Shown here: positions 49,841 through 62,995 of the stretch, in pieces
Numbering within the stretch: position 1 is the stretch's first letter
Layout: each line of letters starts with the position of its first letter
Origin: Mustelus asterias
Lineage: Eukaryota
Length of the DNA stretch: 64,000 nt
Assembly (NCBI RefSeq): GCF_964213995.1
Contig: NC_135805.1
Location: 146,072,001-146,136,000, forward strand
Direction of reading: 5' to 3'
Notes under the pieces: generated by a model
Database searches by the model: none
Told to the model about the DNA's origin: nothing
What the model saw: the letters and a program-made list of their open reading frames with translations, nothing else
Translations under genes and position numbers: made by a program

Positions 49841-51192
49841 AGACCAACACATACAAAAACAATTGAGGCAGAGACTATGGAGATGTCTGCATCCTTATTC
49901 AGAAAACAATAGAATATATATTGACATGTTCACATAAATCTTAATGATGGTCACTTAGAAATTGTGTTAAAACAACAATGCAGTCAATATTAAGAGTCAT
50001 AACAAAGTAGAAATTCATCCTGAAATAGGACATTGCCTGTGACTCCCAATATAACAGAGAGTCCCAAATGCATACCACACCCGATGTGGCAAAGGGGGCA
50101 CCAGGCCAAGCTAAAGAAATGGGTTTAATGAACATTAATGTGTGCTTGCGACTGGCGGAGCATGCACTGCACTTGTTCCCCTTGAGGGGAGATTTGCTAG
50201 AGCTGTACAAGATTAGGACAGGTTGACATTGAAAAAAGTTGTTCCCATTAAGTTTAATTGTTAGTGTCAGAAGTGTCTGCACTGTCAGAATTGTTAGTGT
50301 CAGAAGTGCACTGCAATGATGTTACTGTGAAAATCCCCTAGTTGCCACACTCCAACGCCTGTTCAGGTACACTGAGGGAGAATTTAGCACCTAACCAGCA
50401 CGTCATTTGCACTGTGGGGGGAAACTGGAGCACCCAGAGGAAACACACGCAGACATGGGCAGAATGTGTAGACTCCGGACAGACAGTAGCCCAAACTGGG
50501 AATCGAACTGACTAACTACACCAGGGTGTTAGAAACAGTGTAAATCTGCCTTCCTACTGTTTCATCAAATATTCCCAGTTCAATCACAAAATGCGAGTTA
50601 AGCACAGATTAAAGTTCTCTTCCTGGATATGTACATACACATTAGGAGCAGGAGGAGGCCACTCGGCCTCTGGACCATACTCCACCATTTAATAACGTCA
50701 ATAGCTGATGTAACTTCAACCCCACATTCCTGCCATCCCCCGAGTAACCTCTGACCCCTTTGATAATAATGTATAATGACACACAAGAGACATGCGCATT
50801 CAGATGACATATATACACACACACACACACACAATCAATTTCTGTCCTGAACATACTGAATGATTGAGCTTCCATATCCCTCTGGATTGGAGAATTCCAA
50901 AGATTCACCACTCTCTGAGTGAAAAAATTCAACCTCACCTCAGTCTTCGATGCTTATTCCTAATTCTGAGGCTGTGTCCCAGACCATTACACCATAAGAT
51001 ATAGGAGCAGAATTAGGCCATTTGGCCCATCAAGTCTGCCATTCATTCATGCCTGATAAGTTTCTCAACACCATTCTCTCTCCTTTTCCCCATGAGCTTT
51101 GACCCCCTTACCAATCAAAAGCCTATCTATCTCTGTCTTAAGTATACTCAATGACCTGACCTCCACAGCCTTCAGTGGCAATGAATTCCACA

Positions 51193-51530
51193 GGGCGGCA
51201 CGGTAGCACGGTGGTTAGCACTGTTGCTTCACAGCTCCAGGGTCCCAGGTTCGATTCCCGGCTCGGGTCACTGTCTGTGTGGAGTTTGCACATTCTCCTC
51301 GTGTCTGCGTGGGTTTCCTCTGGGTGCTCCGGTTTCCTCCCACAGTCCAAAGATGTGCGGGTTAGGTTGATTGGCCAGTTTAAAAATTGTCCCTTAGAGT
51401 CCTGGGATGTGTAGGTTAGAGGGATTAGTGGGTAAATATGTGGGGGTAGGGCCTGGGTGGGATTGTGGTCGGTGCAGACTCGATGGGCCGAATGGCCTCC
51501 TTCTGCACTGTAGGGTTTCTATGATTCTAT
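51193..51530 (+). mobile_element. Full-length HE1-like V-SINE inserted in a minus-strand CR1 fragment (about 50990-51710)
   Basis: GGGCGGCACGGTAGCACGGTGGTTAGC...GGTTCGATTCC head, V core and CR1-type tail (ATTCTATG). Confidence 0.85.
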
Positions 51531-51914
51531 GATTCACCACCCTCTGGCTGAAGAATTCCACTTCATCTCAGTCCCTTTATTCAGAGGCCGTGCCCTCAGA
51601 TCCTAGTTTCTCCTATGAGTGGACGCATCTTCCCCACATCCACTCTATCCAGGCCTTTCAGTATTCTATAAGTTTCAATGAGGTCCCCTCTCATCCTTCT
51701 AAACTACATCAATGGTTCTAGTTTGCTACCAAATAAACCTCTTGGACTTTAACCTGGTGTTGTGAGACTTCTTACTGTGTTTACCCCAGTCCAACGCCGG
51801 CATCTCCACATCATGACTAGTTTCACCAGCCAGGGAAAACTTTGAAATTACATCTACCCTTTTATACCCTATAAGAATTTTGTACATTTCAGTGAAATTA
51901 CCGTTTGTTCTGCA

Positions 51915-54900
51915 TAGAGTTTTAGACCCATATAACACAGAAAAGTTCCTTTGATCCATCGAGTCTGCAATGACAATATCTACCACTAAAGTGATGCTAA
52001 TCCCTTTTTCCTGCACTTGCCCATATCCTTGAATGTTGTGATGTTTCAAGTGCTCATCCAAATATTTTTATAGGTTGTAAGGTTTCTGGCCTCCATTACA
52101 TTCCCAGGCGGTGCATTCCAGATTCCAACCTCCCTCAGTGTGCAAGTTTTTTCTCAAATCCTCTCTGAATCTCCTGCCCCTTACCCTAAATCTATGCCCC
52201 CTCGTGACTGGCCGCTCAACCAAGGGGAACAGCTGCTTCCTACTCACCCGATCCATACCCCTCATAATCTTATACACATCAATCATGTCCCCCTCAGTCT
52301 TCTCTGCTCTAAAGAAAATAATCCAAACCCATTGAGTCTCTCCTTATAGCTCAAATGCTCCATCCCAGGCAACATCCTGGTGAATTTCCTCTGTACCTCA
52401 CCTTGAGTGCTATCACATTCTTATAGTTCTTTAGTGTGGCGACCAGAATTGCAAACAGTACTCCAGCTATGGCCTCACCAACGTCTGTACAACTCCAAAC
52501 ATTATCTCCTTGTTCTTACACTCTATGTCACGACTGATAAAAGAAAGTGTCCATATGCCTTCTTAACTATCCTATCCACATGCTCCTATCCACGTGACTT
52601 CAGGGATTGGTGAATACTTACACCAAGATCCATCTTTTCTCTGAGATTCCCAGTGTCCTGCCATTCATTAAATACTCCCTCACCTTGTTATTTTTTCCAA
52701 AGTAAATCACCTCGCGCTGGTCAGGGTTAAATACCATCTGCCGCTGCTCTGCCCAACCCATCTATATCTTCCTGTAACCTATGACCTTCTTATTCACTAT
52801 TAAGCACCCTACCAATCTTCATGTCATCTGCAAACTTGCTTATCTTTCTCCCAACATTTTCATCTATAATCATTTATGTATACAACAAACAGTAAGCGTC
52901 CCAGCACTGATCCTTGTTGTACACCACTGGACATCAACCTCCAGTTGCTCAAATAGCCTTCTACCACCACTCTTCATACCCTATTATTAAGCCAGTTCCA
53001 GATCCATCTCACCAAGTTTCCCCTAATTCTGTGTTCTTTAACCTTCTCAATCAGTCTCCCATGTGGGACATTGTCAAAGCTTTGCTAAAATCCATATCAA
53101 CTACATCAACTGAACTTCCCTCACCCACACACTTGATCACATTTTTGAATAATTCTAACAAATTTGTTAGGCATGTCCTCCCTCTAACACAGCCATGCTG
53201 ACCATCCCTAATCAACCTATGCCTTTCCAAGTGGATATTAATTCTCTCCTTCAGAATTTTCTCCAATAGTTTCCCTACCACTACTGTGAGTGAGACTCAC
53301 TAGTCTGTAATTTCCTGGTTCATTGCCACCACCCTTCTTGAAAAGTGAAACCACATTAGCCATTCTTCAGTCCTCTGGCACTTCCCCCATGATGTGGAGA
53401 TGCCGGCGTTGGACTGGGGTAAACACAGTAAGAAGTTTAACAACACCAGGTTAAAGTCCAACAGGTTTATTTGGTAGCAAAAGCCACACAAGCTTTCGGA
53501 GCTGCAAGCCCCTTCTTCAGGTGAGTGGGAATTCTGTTCACAAACAGAGCATATAAAGACACAACCTCAATTTACATGAATAATGGTTGGAATGCGAATA
53601 CTTACAACTAATCAAGTCTTTAAGAAACAAAACAATGTGAGTGGAGAGAGCATCAAGACAGGCTAAAAAGATGTGTATTGTCTCCAGACAAGACAGCCAG
53701 CGAAACTCTGTGGGGATTACAAATAGTGTGCCATGAACCCAATATCCCGGTTGAGGCCGTCCTCGTGTGTGCGGAACTTGGCTATCAGTTTCTGCTTACT
53801 TCCCCCATGGCCAGAAAGGAATTAAAAATTTGTGTCAAAGCCCCTGCAATTTCCTGCCTCACTTCCCACAGCAGCTTGGGATACAATTAATCCAGGTCTG
53901 GGGATTTGTCCCTTTTTAAGCCTGTCAGAGCCTCCAATACATCATCATTTCCTATGTCAAACTGTTCAAGTTCCTCAGCCCCTTTTCCTGAATTCTGTGC
54001 CTACATCCTCATTTTCCAGAGTTAAGACCAAAATGAAGTATTCATTTAACACCCTTCCAATGTCCTGTGGCTTCACACACACACATTTCCCTCTTAGTCT
54101 CTAACAGGCCCTACTCTTCCCTGGTTAACCTCTTCCCCTTAATGGATTTATAGAATATATTAGGATTTTCCCCAATCCTGTATGCCCCCTTTTTGCTCTT
54201 CTAATTACTTTCTTAAGTAATCTCATGCATTTCCAATATTTCTCCTGGTCTGCACCTGAATTGCTTGCTTTTGACTTGCTAAAAGCCTTTCTCTTCCTTC
54301 CTCATCCAGTCCTGAACTGTCCAAGGCATTCAGGGTTCCCTGAACCTATTATTCCTACATTTCCCCCTAAAGTGTACATGTTGGCTTTCTACTATCCCCT
54401 GTTCCCTTTCGAATGCCCCCCACTACTCTGCTATAGACTTTCCCGCAAGGAGCAGTTTCCAGTCAACTTTGGCCAGATCCTGCCTTATTTTAATAAAATC
54501 TGCATTCCCCAAAACCAAAGCCATTTTTTGCAGGCCATCTTTCCCCTTGTCCATAACAAACTTAAACCGTACTGTGTTGTGGTCACTATTGCTGAAATGC
54601 TCCCCCACTGACACATTGAACACTTGTCTGCCTTCGTTTCCCAGAACCAGATCCAGCACTGCTCCATTCCTTGTTGGGCCTTCCACATATTGGTGCAAAA
54701 AACCCCCCTGAACACATTTCAAGAAATCTGCCCCTCTCAGTCCTTAACACTATACGGGATTTTATAGCCTTGCTCATCCCAAAACCGTAAAATCCCGTCC
54801 AAGGTCAACGGACATTTCCATGGTCCGCCCCCCCTGCCTGTTCCAATTCCCGTGATGGGTGAGGCAGTAACATTCCAGCCTATGAATATCCCATTGGAAA

Positions 54901-55290
54901 AGTTGAAATCTCTACTATAATTACCAATTATTACCCTTACACACCTCAGTGAACTGTCTACATATCTGCTCCTCTATTTCCTGCTGACTCTTTGGTGGTC
55001 TATAATACACTCCCAGTAATATGGCTGCCACCTTAACATTCCTCAATTCTACCCAAAAATCCTTGTTTGAAGGCCCTTCCAAGATATCATCTCTCTTTAT
55101 TGCAGTAATTGACTCCTTAATTAATGGTGCTTCATGACTTTCCTTTGTACCCTCTCCTCTGTCTCACCTAAAGATCCTATACCCCGGAATGTTGAGTTGC
55201 CAGAGCTGCCCTTCCAACAACCATGTTTCTGTGATGACAACAATATCACACTTCCATGTGTCAATCCACACCCTTAACTCATCAGTCTTA
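51915..55290 (-). mobile_element. Long degenerate CR1 ORF2 (endonuclease to 3' end) interrupted by younger inserts
   Basis: ORFs 54423-54722 (LDLVLGNE..SDHN), 53051-53281 (QHG..MDFSKA) and 52068-52286. Confidence 0.8.
53392..53797 (-). mobile_element. Penelope 3' end with a 12-bp TSD and an intact hammerhead motif at 53487-53523
   Basis: ACTTCCCCCATG at 53380-53391 and 53798-53809. Motif cac CTGAAGA a ggggc ttgca gctcc GAAA gc TT gtg. Confidence 0.88.
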
Positions 55291-55305
55291 TCTATTACTT
55301 GGCAA

Positions 55306-55603
55306 GGGTGGCACAGTGGCTAGCACTCACAGTGCCAGGGATGCAAGTTCAATTCCGGCCACAGGTCACTATCTGTGTGGAGTTTGCATTTTCTCCCTGT
55401 ATCTGCATGGGTTTCCTCTTGGTGTTCCGGTTTGCTTCCACACTCCAAAGATGTGCAGGATAGGTTGATTGGCCATTGACCCTTATGTCAGGGAATTAGC
55501 AGGTTAAATTAGAGGTGCAGGAATAGGCCCTGGGTGGGATTGTGGTCGGTACAGACTTGATGGGCTGAATGGCCTCCTTCTGTACTGTAAGGATTCTATG
55601 ATT
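55306..55603 (+). mobile_element. HE1-like V-SINE
   Basis: Same head, core and tail as 51193-51530. Confidence 0.75.
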
Positions 55604-56019
55604 ACATTCTTAGAGATGGAGAGAGTGTAACAGAGCGAGTGGAGGATAGCAATAGAGGGTGAGGGAGTGGAAACGATCGAGGTGGAGAGTTTCAGGCTGT
55701 GTTCCTGCAAAGCTGAAATGCTCTTCCCTTGATTCTGAGAATGTGTCCCCTGCTTCTAGTCTCACCAGCCAGGGGAGATATCCAACCTACATCTACCCTC
55801 TTACACCCTGTAAGAATTTTGGACGTTTCAACAAGATCACCATTCATTCTTCGCAACTCTACAGAATATCACCAGGTTTCCTCAATCTTTCCTAATCAAT
55901 CTGTCCATCCCAGGACTTAGTCTGCTGAATCTCCATTCCGGGGTATAGGATCTTTAGGCAAGACAGAGGAGGGGATACAAAGGAAGGTCATGTAGCACTC
56001 CTTCGACAGCTTTGGAGAT

Positions 56020-56480
56020 GGTTCAGAGGTTCACTAGATTGATTCCGGAGATGAGAGGTTTGTCTTATGAAGAGAGATTGGGGAGTTTAGGGTATACTCC
56101 CTGGAGTTTAGGAGAATGAAAGAAGATCTTATTGAGGTATACAAGATGATAAGGGGGATTGACAAAGTAGACATGGAGGGTAATCTACAACAAGAGGTCA
56201 TCGTTTTGGGATAGCAGATTTAAAACACAGATGAGGAGGAATTACTTCTCTCAAAAGGCCATGGAATTCTCTCCCCCAGAATGCAGTGGATGCCGGAACA
56301 TTGAGTAAATATATGGAAGAGATAGACAGATTTTTAATTAGTGAGGGTTTGAAGGGCTACCGTGAACAGGCAGGTAAGTGGAGCTGAGACCAAGATGAGA
56401 TCGGGAATGATGGTATTCAATGGTGGAGCAGGTGGAGGGGCTGAATGGCTTCCTCTTGTGCCAAATCTATATGTCCATAT
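56020..56480 (+). mobile_element. Degenerate CR1 3' fragment
   Basis: RFTRLIPEMRGLSYEERL-type coding remnant. Confidence 0.65.
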
Positions 56481-56942
56481 GTCAGCTTTCTGTACAGAGG
56501 TTGGTGATCTCCGCTCGCTCTGAACCCTGCCTCAGGCCTTTCCGAATTCATCGCTTAATCCTTTCCATTGGGGTTCAATGGAGATGAGAGGGGGATGGGA
56601 TCCGTTGTGAGGGAGGATCAGGGGGGCGATGGGGGTTTCGGTAAGTTCCTGTTCAAGGCCTGTGGAGGGGGCGTTGAAATCATGGGACCCCCACACGATG
56701 TTTGAAGGTGTCTCAGCATTAGATGCACAGAGTTAGGGGTGGTGGGGGGACATTGTAGAATATTGGCTTTGTATGCTAATGTTAGTTCTCTCTCTCTCTC
56801 TCTCTCTGTCACACTCAATTTCTGTCACCCTCACTCTCTCTCTCTGGCACTCTCACTCTGTGTCTTCCTCTCTCCGCCTCCCTCTCACTGTGTGTCTTTC
56901 TCTCTCTGTGTCTCTCTCAGTCTCTCTGTCAGTATCTGTCTC

Positions 56943-57091
56943 NNNNNNNNNNNNNNNNNNNNNNNNNNNNNNNNNNNNNNNNNNNNNNNNNNNNNNNNNN
57001 NNNNNNNNNNNNNNNNNNNNNNNNNNNNNNNNNNNNNNNNNNNNNNNNNNNNNNNNNNNNNNNNNNNNNNNNNNNNNNNNNNNNNNNNNNN
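56943..57091. other. Assembly gap (149 N) next to CT-rich low-complexity sequence
   Basis: Run of N. Confidence 1.
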
Positions 57092-57442
57092 TTCCTTTGC
57101 TGTTGCATTGAACTCTCTGAATCTTCATTCACACAGCAATATAAAAACCCTTTGTGTGTGTGTGTGTGTATATGCGCGCGCGAGAGTGGGTGAGGGCATC
57201 ACCCAACCGTACAATGGTATCATCTGTGTGGGTGACACCCGGGCCTTAAATCCAGGCCTGTAGCACATTCACTGGGAGCTGGCTAGCTGGAAGTAGGAGG
57301 GAGAGGCTGCAGGATCCAGGTCGCTCAGAGCTGGGAGGAGGGAGGCCTCGTCTGCATTACGATCCAGGTGCACGTTCCGCCCTGCGCCCGCTCGTCCTGG
57401 GATCCGAACACTGCCAGCCCAGCATTAAGTGCGGTGCCCACC

Positions 57443-57568
57443 ATGGATAAAGCCATGGGCTATGCTCCCTCCCGCTGGGCGCAAGCACTTCATGGACTGC
57501 CCCACCTCAACCTGCGCCTCGAACCCGTCGACAGCATCTTCTCACCTCGTGAGTGGGAGTACCAGCAG
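57443..57568 (+). CDS. ttyh1: Tweety homolog (TTYH1-like), coding exon 1
   Basis: Kozak GCCCACCATGG. MDKAMGYAPSRWAQALHGLPHLNLRLEPVDSIFSPREWEYQQ then CAG|GTGAGG donor (phase 0). Matches the tweety N-terminus. The paralog assignment is from recalled sequences. Confidence 0.88.
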
Positions 57569-57651
57569 GTGAGGTGCAGGGAGAAGGTAGATCGCTGGGT
57601 GTCCCAGTGCGAGTGGGTGAGGTACAACACAGTTGAAGAGCAAGGAAACAT

Positions 57652-60600
57652 TCAGAGGGTCAGTACTGAGGGAGTGTTGCATTGTCAGAGGGTCAGTACT
57701 GAGGGAGTACCGCACTGTCAGAGGGTCAGTACTGAGGGAGTGCCGCACTGTCAGAGGGTCAGTGCTGAGGGAGTGCTGCACTGTCAGAGGGTCAGTACTG
57801 AGGGAGTGCCACACTGTCAGAGGTTCAGTACTGAGGGAGTGCCACACTGTCGGAGGGTCAGTGTTGAGGAAGTGCTGCACTGTCAGAGGGTCAGACTGAG
57901 TGAGCGCCGCACTGTCAGAGGGTCAGTACTGAGGAAGTGCTGCGCTGTCAGAGGGTCAGTACTGAGGGAGTGCCACACTATCAGAGGGTCAGTACTGAGG
58001 GAGTGCTGCATTGTCAGAGAGTCAGTACTGAGGCAGTGCTGCACTGCCAGATGGTCTGTACTGAGGGAGTGCCGCACTGTTAGAGGGTCAGTACTGAGGG
58101 AGTGCCGCACTGTCAGAGGGTCAGTACTGAGTGAGTGCCGCACTGTCAGAGGGTCAGTACTGAGGGAGTGCCGCACTGTCAGAGGGTCAGTACTGAGTGA
58201 GTACCGCACTGTCAGAGGGTCAGTACTGAGGGAGTGCCGCACTGTCAGAGGGTCAGTACTGAGGGAGTGCCGCACTGTCAGATGGTCTGGACTGAGGGAG
58301 TGCCGCACTGTTAGAGGGTCAGTACTGAGGGAGTGCCGCACTGTCAGAGGGTCAGTACTGAGGGAGTGCTGCACTGCCAGATGGTCTGTACTGAGGGAGT
58401 GCCGCACTGTTAGAGGGTCAGTACTGAGGGAGTGCCGCACTGTCAGAGGGTCAGTACTGAGGGAGTGCCGCACTGTCAGAGGGTCAGTACTGAGGGAGTG
58501 CTGCACTGTCAGAGGGTCAGTACTGAGTGAGTGCCGCACTGTCAGAGGGTCAGTACTGAGTGAGTACCGCACTGTCAGAGGGTCAGTACTGAGGGAGTGC
58601 CGCACTGTCAGATGGTCAGTACTGAGGGAGTGCCGCACTGTCAGATGGTCTGTACTGAGGGAGTGCCGCACTGTTAGAGGGTCAGTACTGAGGGAGTGCC
58701 GCACTGTTAGAGGGTCAGTACTGAGGGAGAGCCGCACTGTCAGAGGGTCAGTACTGAGGGAGTGCTGCACTGTCAGAGAGTCAGTACTGAGGGAGTGCCG
58801 CACTGTCAGGGGGTCAGTACTGAGGGAGTGCCGCACTGTCAGAGGGTCAGTACTGAGGGAGTGCCGCACTGTCAGGGGGTCAGTACTGAGGGAGTGCCGC
58901 ACTGTCAGGGGGTCAGTACTGAGGGAGTGCCGCACTGTCAGGGGGTCAGTACTGAGGGAGTGCCGCACTGTCAGGGGGTCAGTACTGAGGGAGTGCCGCA
59001 CTGTCAGAGGGTCAGTATTGAGGGAGTGCCGCACTGTCAGGGGGTCAGTACTGAGGGAGTGCTGCACTGTCAGAGGGTCAGACTGAGTGAGTGCTGCGCT
59101 GTCAGAGGGTCAGTACTGAGGGAGTGCCGCACTGTCAGAGGGTCAGACTGAGTGAGTGCTGCGCTGTCAGAGGGTCAGTACTGAGGGAGTGCCACACTGT
59201 CAGAGGGTCAGTACTGAGGGAGTGCTGCACTGCCAGATGGTCTGTACTGAGGGAGTGCCGCACTGTTAGAGGGTCAGTACTGAGGGAGTGCCGCACTGTC
59301 AGAGGGTCAGTACTGAGTGAGTGCCGCACTGTCAGAGGGTCAGTACTGAGGGAGTGCTGCACTGTCAGAGGGTCAGTACTGAGTGAGTGCCGCACTGTCA
59401 GAGGGTCAGTACTGAGTGAGTACCGCACTGTCAGAGGGTCAGTACTGAGGGAGTGCCGCACTGTCAGATGGTCAGTACTGAGGGAGTGCCGCACTGTCAG
59501 ATGGTCTGTACTGAGGGAGTGCCGCACTGTTAGAGGGTCAGTACTGAGGGAGTGCCGCACTGTTAGACGGTCAGTACTGAGGGAGAGCCGCACTGTCAGA
59601 GGGTCAGTACTGAGGGAGTGCTGCACTGTCAGAGAGTCAGTACTGAGGGAGTGCCGCACTGTCAGGGGGTCAGTACTGAGGGAGTGCCGCACTGTCAGAG
59701 GGTCAGTACTGAGGGAGTGCCGCACTGTCAGGGGGTCAGTACTGAGGGAGTGCCGCACTGTCAGGGGGTCAGTACTGAGGGAGTGCCGCACTGTCAGGGG
59801 GTCAGTACTGAGGGAGTGCCGCACTGTCAGGGGGTCAGTACTGAGGGAGTGCCGCACTGTCAGAGGGTCAGTATTGAGGGAGTGCCGCACTGTCAGGGGG
59901 TCAGTACTGAGGGAGTGCTGCACTGTCAGAGGGTCAGACTGAGTGAGTGCTGCGCTGTCAGAGGGTCAGTACTGAGGGAGTGCCACACTGTCAGAGGGTC
60001 AGTACTGAGGGAGTGCTGCATTGTCAGAGAGTCAGTACTGAGGGAACGCTGCGCTGTCAGAGGGTCAGTACTGAGGGAGTGCCGCACTGTCAGGGGGTCA
60101 GTACTGAGGGAGTGCCGCACTGTCAGAGGGTCAGTACTGAGGGAGTGCTGCACTGTCAGATGGTCAGTACTGAGGGAGTGCCGCACTGTCAGAGGGTCAG
60201 TACTGAGGGAGTGCTGCACTGTCAGATGGTCAGTACTGAGGGAGTGCCGCACTGTCAGAGGGTCAGTACTGAGGGAGTGCCGCACTGTCAGGGGGTCAGT
60301 ACTGAGGGAATGCCGCACTGTCAGGGGGTCAGTACTGAGGGAGTGCCGCACTGTCAGAGGGTCAGTATTGAGGGAGTGCCGCACTGTCAGGGGGTCAGTA
60401 CTGAGGGAGTGCTGCACTGTCAGGGGGTCAGTACTGAGGGAGTGCTGCACTGTCAGAGGGTCAGTCCTGAGGGAGTGCCGCACTGTTAGAGGGTCAGTAC
60501 TGAGGGTGTGCCGCACTGTTAGAGGGTCAGTACTGAGGGAGTGCCGCACTGTCAGAGGGTCAGTACTGAGGGAGTGCCGCACTGTCAGGGGGTCAGTACT

Positions 60601-60903
60601 GAGGGAGTGCTGCACTGTTCGAGGGTCAGTACTGAGGGAGTGCCGCACTGTCAGGGGGTCAGTACTGAGGGAGTGCCGCACTGTCAGGGGGTCAGTACTG
60701 AGGGAGTGCCGCACTGTCAGAGGGTCAGTATTGAGGGAGTGCCGCACTGTCAGGGGGTCAGTACTGAGGGAGTGCCGCACTGTCAGGGGGTCGGTACTGA
60801 GGGAGAGCCGCACTGTCAGGGGGTCAGTACTGAGGGAGTGCCGCACTGTCAGGGGGTCAGTACTGAGGGAGAGCCGCACTGTCAGGGGGTCAGTACTGAG
60901 TGC
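57652..60903. repeat. 33-bp minisatellite CAGAGGGTCAGTACTGAGGGAGTGCCGCACTGT in ttyh intron 1
   Basis: Direct periodicity, about 98 units. Confidence 0.99.
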
Positions 60904-60995
60904 GTACCACGTGTCAGAATTTCTGTGCCACATTTAGATACACGGATTCTTTGGGTGTTCCAGTTAGAATCTGATTGGGTTCGATTTTCACTCCT

Positions 60996-61135
60996 ATACA
61001 CACACACACGCACACGCACATACACACACAGAGGTACACACACACAAATACACACACACAAAGACAAACACAGAAAGACACACATGCATTCATACACACA
61101 CTCACACATTAAGTCACACTGCACACATTCACACA
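60996..61135. repeat. CA-rich microsatellite
   Basis: Imperfect (CA)n. Confidence 0.9.
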
Positions 61136-61139
61136 ATAA

Positions 61140-62050
61140 ATCATAGACAGTGTAAAAGTGGCCCTTCGGCCCATCGAGTCTGCACTGAATGTGAGAAACC
61201 CCTGACCTCCCACCCAATCCCATCTGCCAGCACTTGGCCAATAGCCCTGAATGTTATGGCATGCCAAGTGCTCATCCAGGTAACTTTTCAAGCATGTGAG
61301 GCAACCCGCCTCTATCATCCTCCCAGGCAGCGCATTCCAGACCATCACCACCCTCTGAGTAAAAAAGCTTTTCCTCACATCCCCCTAAACCTCCTGCCCC
61401 TCACCTTGAACCTGTGTCCCCGTGTGATTGACCCTTCAACAAAGGGGAACAGTTGTTCCCTATCCACACTCTCCATGTCTCTCATAATTTTGCCCACCTC
61501 GATCAGGTCGCCCCTCAGTCTCCTCTGCTCCAGTGAAAATAAATCAAATCTATCCAACCTCTCCTCATAACTTAAATGTTCCATCCCAGGCAGCATCCTG
61601 GTGAATTTCCTCTGCAACCCCTCCAGAGCGATCACATCCTTCCTATAAAGTGGTGACCAGAACTGCACCCAGTGCTCTAGCTGTGGCCTCACCAAAGTTC
61701 TATACAACTCCATCATGACTTCCCTGCTTTGTAATCTATGCCTCGATTGATAAAGGTGAGTGTGCCATATGCCTTTTTCACCACCCTACTAACATGCCCT
61801 TCTGCCGTCGGAGATCTGTGGACAAACACGTCAAGGTCCCTTTGATCCACAGAACTTTCTACTGTCATGCCATTCATTGAATATTTCCTTGTCAAATTAT
61901 TCCTTCCAAAGTGCATCACCTTACACTTTTCAGGGTTAAATTCCATCTGCCACTTACCTACCCATTTAACCATTCCGTCTATATATTCTTGTAATCCAAG
62001 ACACTCCGCCTCACTGTCAAATCTTTGTGTCATCTGCAAATTTACTGATC
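61140..62050 (-). mobile_element. Degenerate CR1 3' fragment
   Basis: ORFs 61713-62039, 61375-61716 and 61109-61378 with CR1 RT C-terminal motifs. Confidence 0.88.
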
Positions 62051-62079
62051 CTACCCCCCACAGTCATCTATCCAATCGC

Positions 62080-62920
62080 AGGCACAGACACACACAATCA
62101 CAGGTACACACTCTAACACACTCAATAAACACTACACACTGACTTATGCACACTGACTCTTTCACACACACTGACTCACACACACTCACCTGCACACACA
62201 CAGACACACATACACACACACACTCACCTGTACACATACACACACACACTCACCTGTACACATACACACACACACATTCACCTGTACATGCACACACACA
62301 CTCATCTGCACACACATACACACACACAATCTGCTCACACACACACACAGACACTCACCTGTATACACACATACACACACATACCTGTATACACGCACAC
62401 ACACACAAAACAAACCACTTGTGCAGTGAAATGCTTTACTAACATATCTCTCCCCATTGCTCTTCCCTCATCTCTCCCTCTCTTTCTGCTTCTCTCTCTC
62501 AATTTGTTTCTATCCCTCTGTCTCTTTGTTTGCCTTGCTCTCGCTATCTGTCCATCTCTCTGTCCATCTCTCACTCCCGCTCGGCCTCTCCCTCCCTCTC
62601 ATTCGGAGTCTCCCTCTCTCTCACTCTCTCCATTCCCACCTCATCTGTTCCAACCCTCTCTATCTTTCAATCATCTCTCTTACCATCTCGTTCTCTATCT
62701 CCATATCTCTCTTTCCTTCTTACTCTCTCTGCCTGTCTGCATCTCTCTCTCTTTCTCTGTGCCTTTCAATCATTCTCTATCTTCCTCCCACTCTCTCCAT
62801 TCCCCCACTCTTTCTCTCAACTTCTTTCTCCCCCGCATCTCTCTCCCCACTTCCTTTCTCACCCCATCTCTCTCAAACTCTCACACCCTGTCTCACTCTC
62901 TCTCTTTCTCTCTCTCGGTC
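62080..62920. repeat. Imperfect (CA)n tract (to about 62405) then a CT-rich tract (about 62445-62920)
   Basis: Low-complexity composition. Confidence 0.9.
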
Positions 62921-62995
62921 TTTAACTCATAATCCCTAACCCGTTTGTCGTCTGCCTCTCTCTCTATCCCTCTCCACCCACTCCTGCCCCCACAG

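Noticed and set aside
51193-51265. tRNA gene
   Set aside because: The box A/B head continues directly into a V-SINE core and CR1-type tail, so it is a SINE.
56739-57263. ORFs spanning the N gap and CA/CT-tract ORFs at 62064-62939
   Set aside because: Artefacts of unknown bases and low-complexity sequence.
57542-61146. Long repetitive ORFs and a CRISPR-like 33-bp period
   Set aside because: The units are head-to-tail with no unique spacers, there are no cas genes, and the context is a eukaryotic intron.
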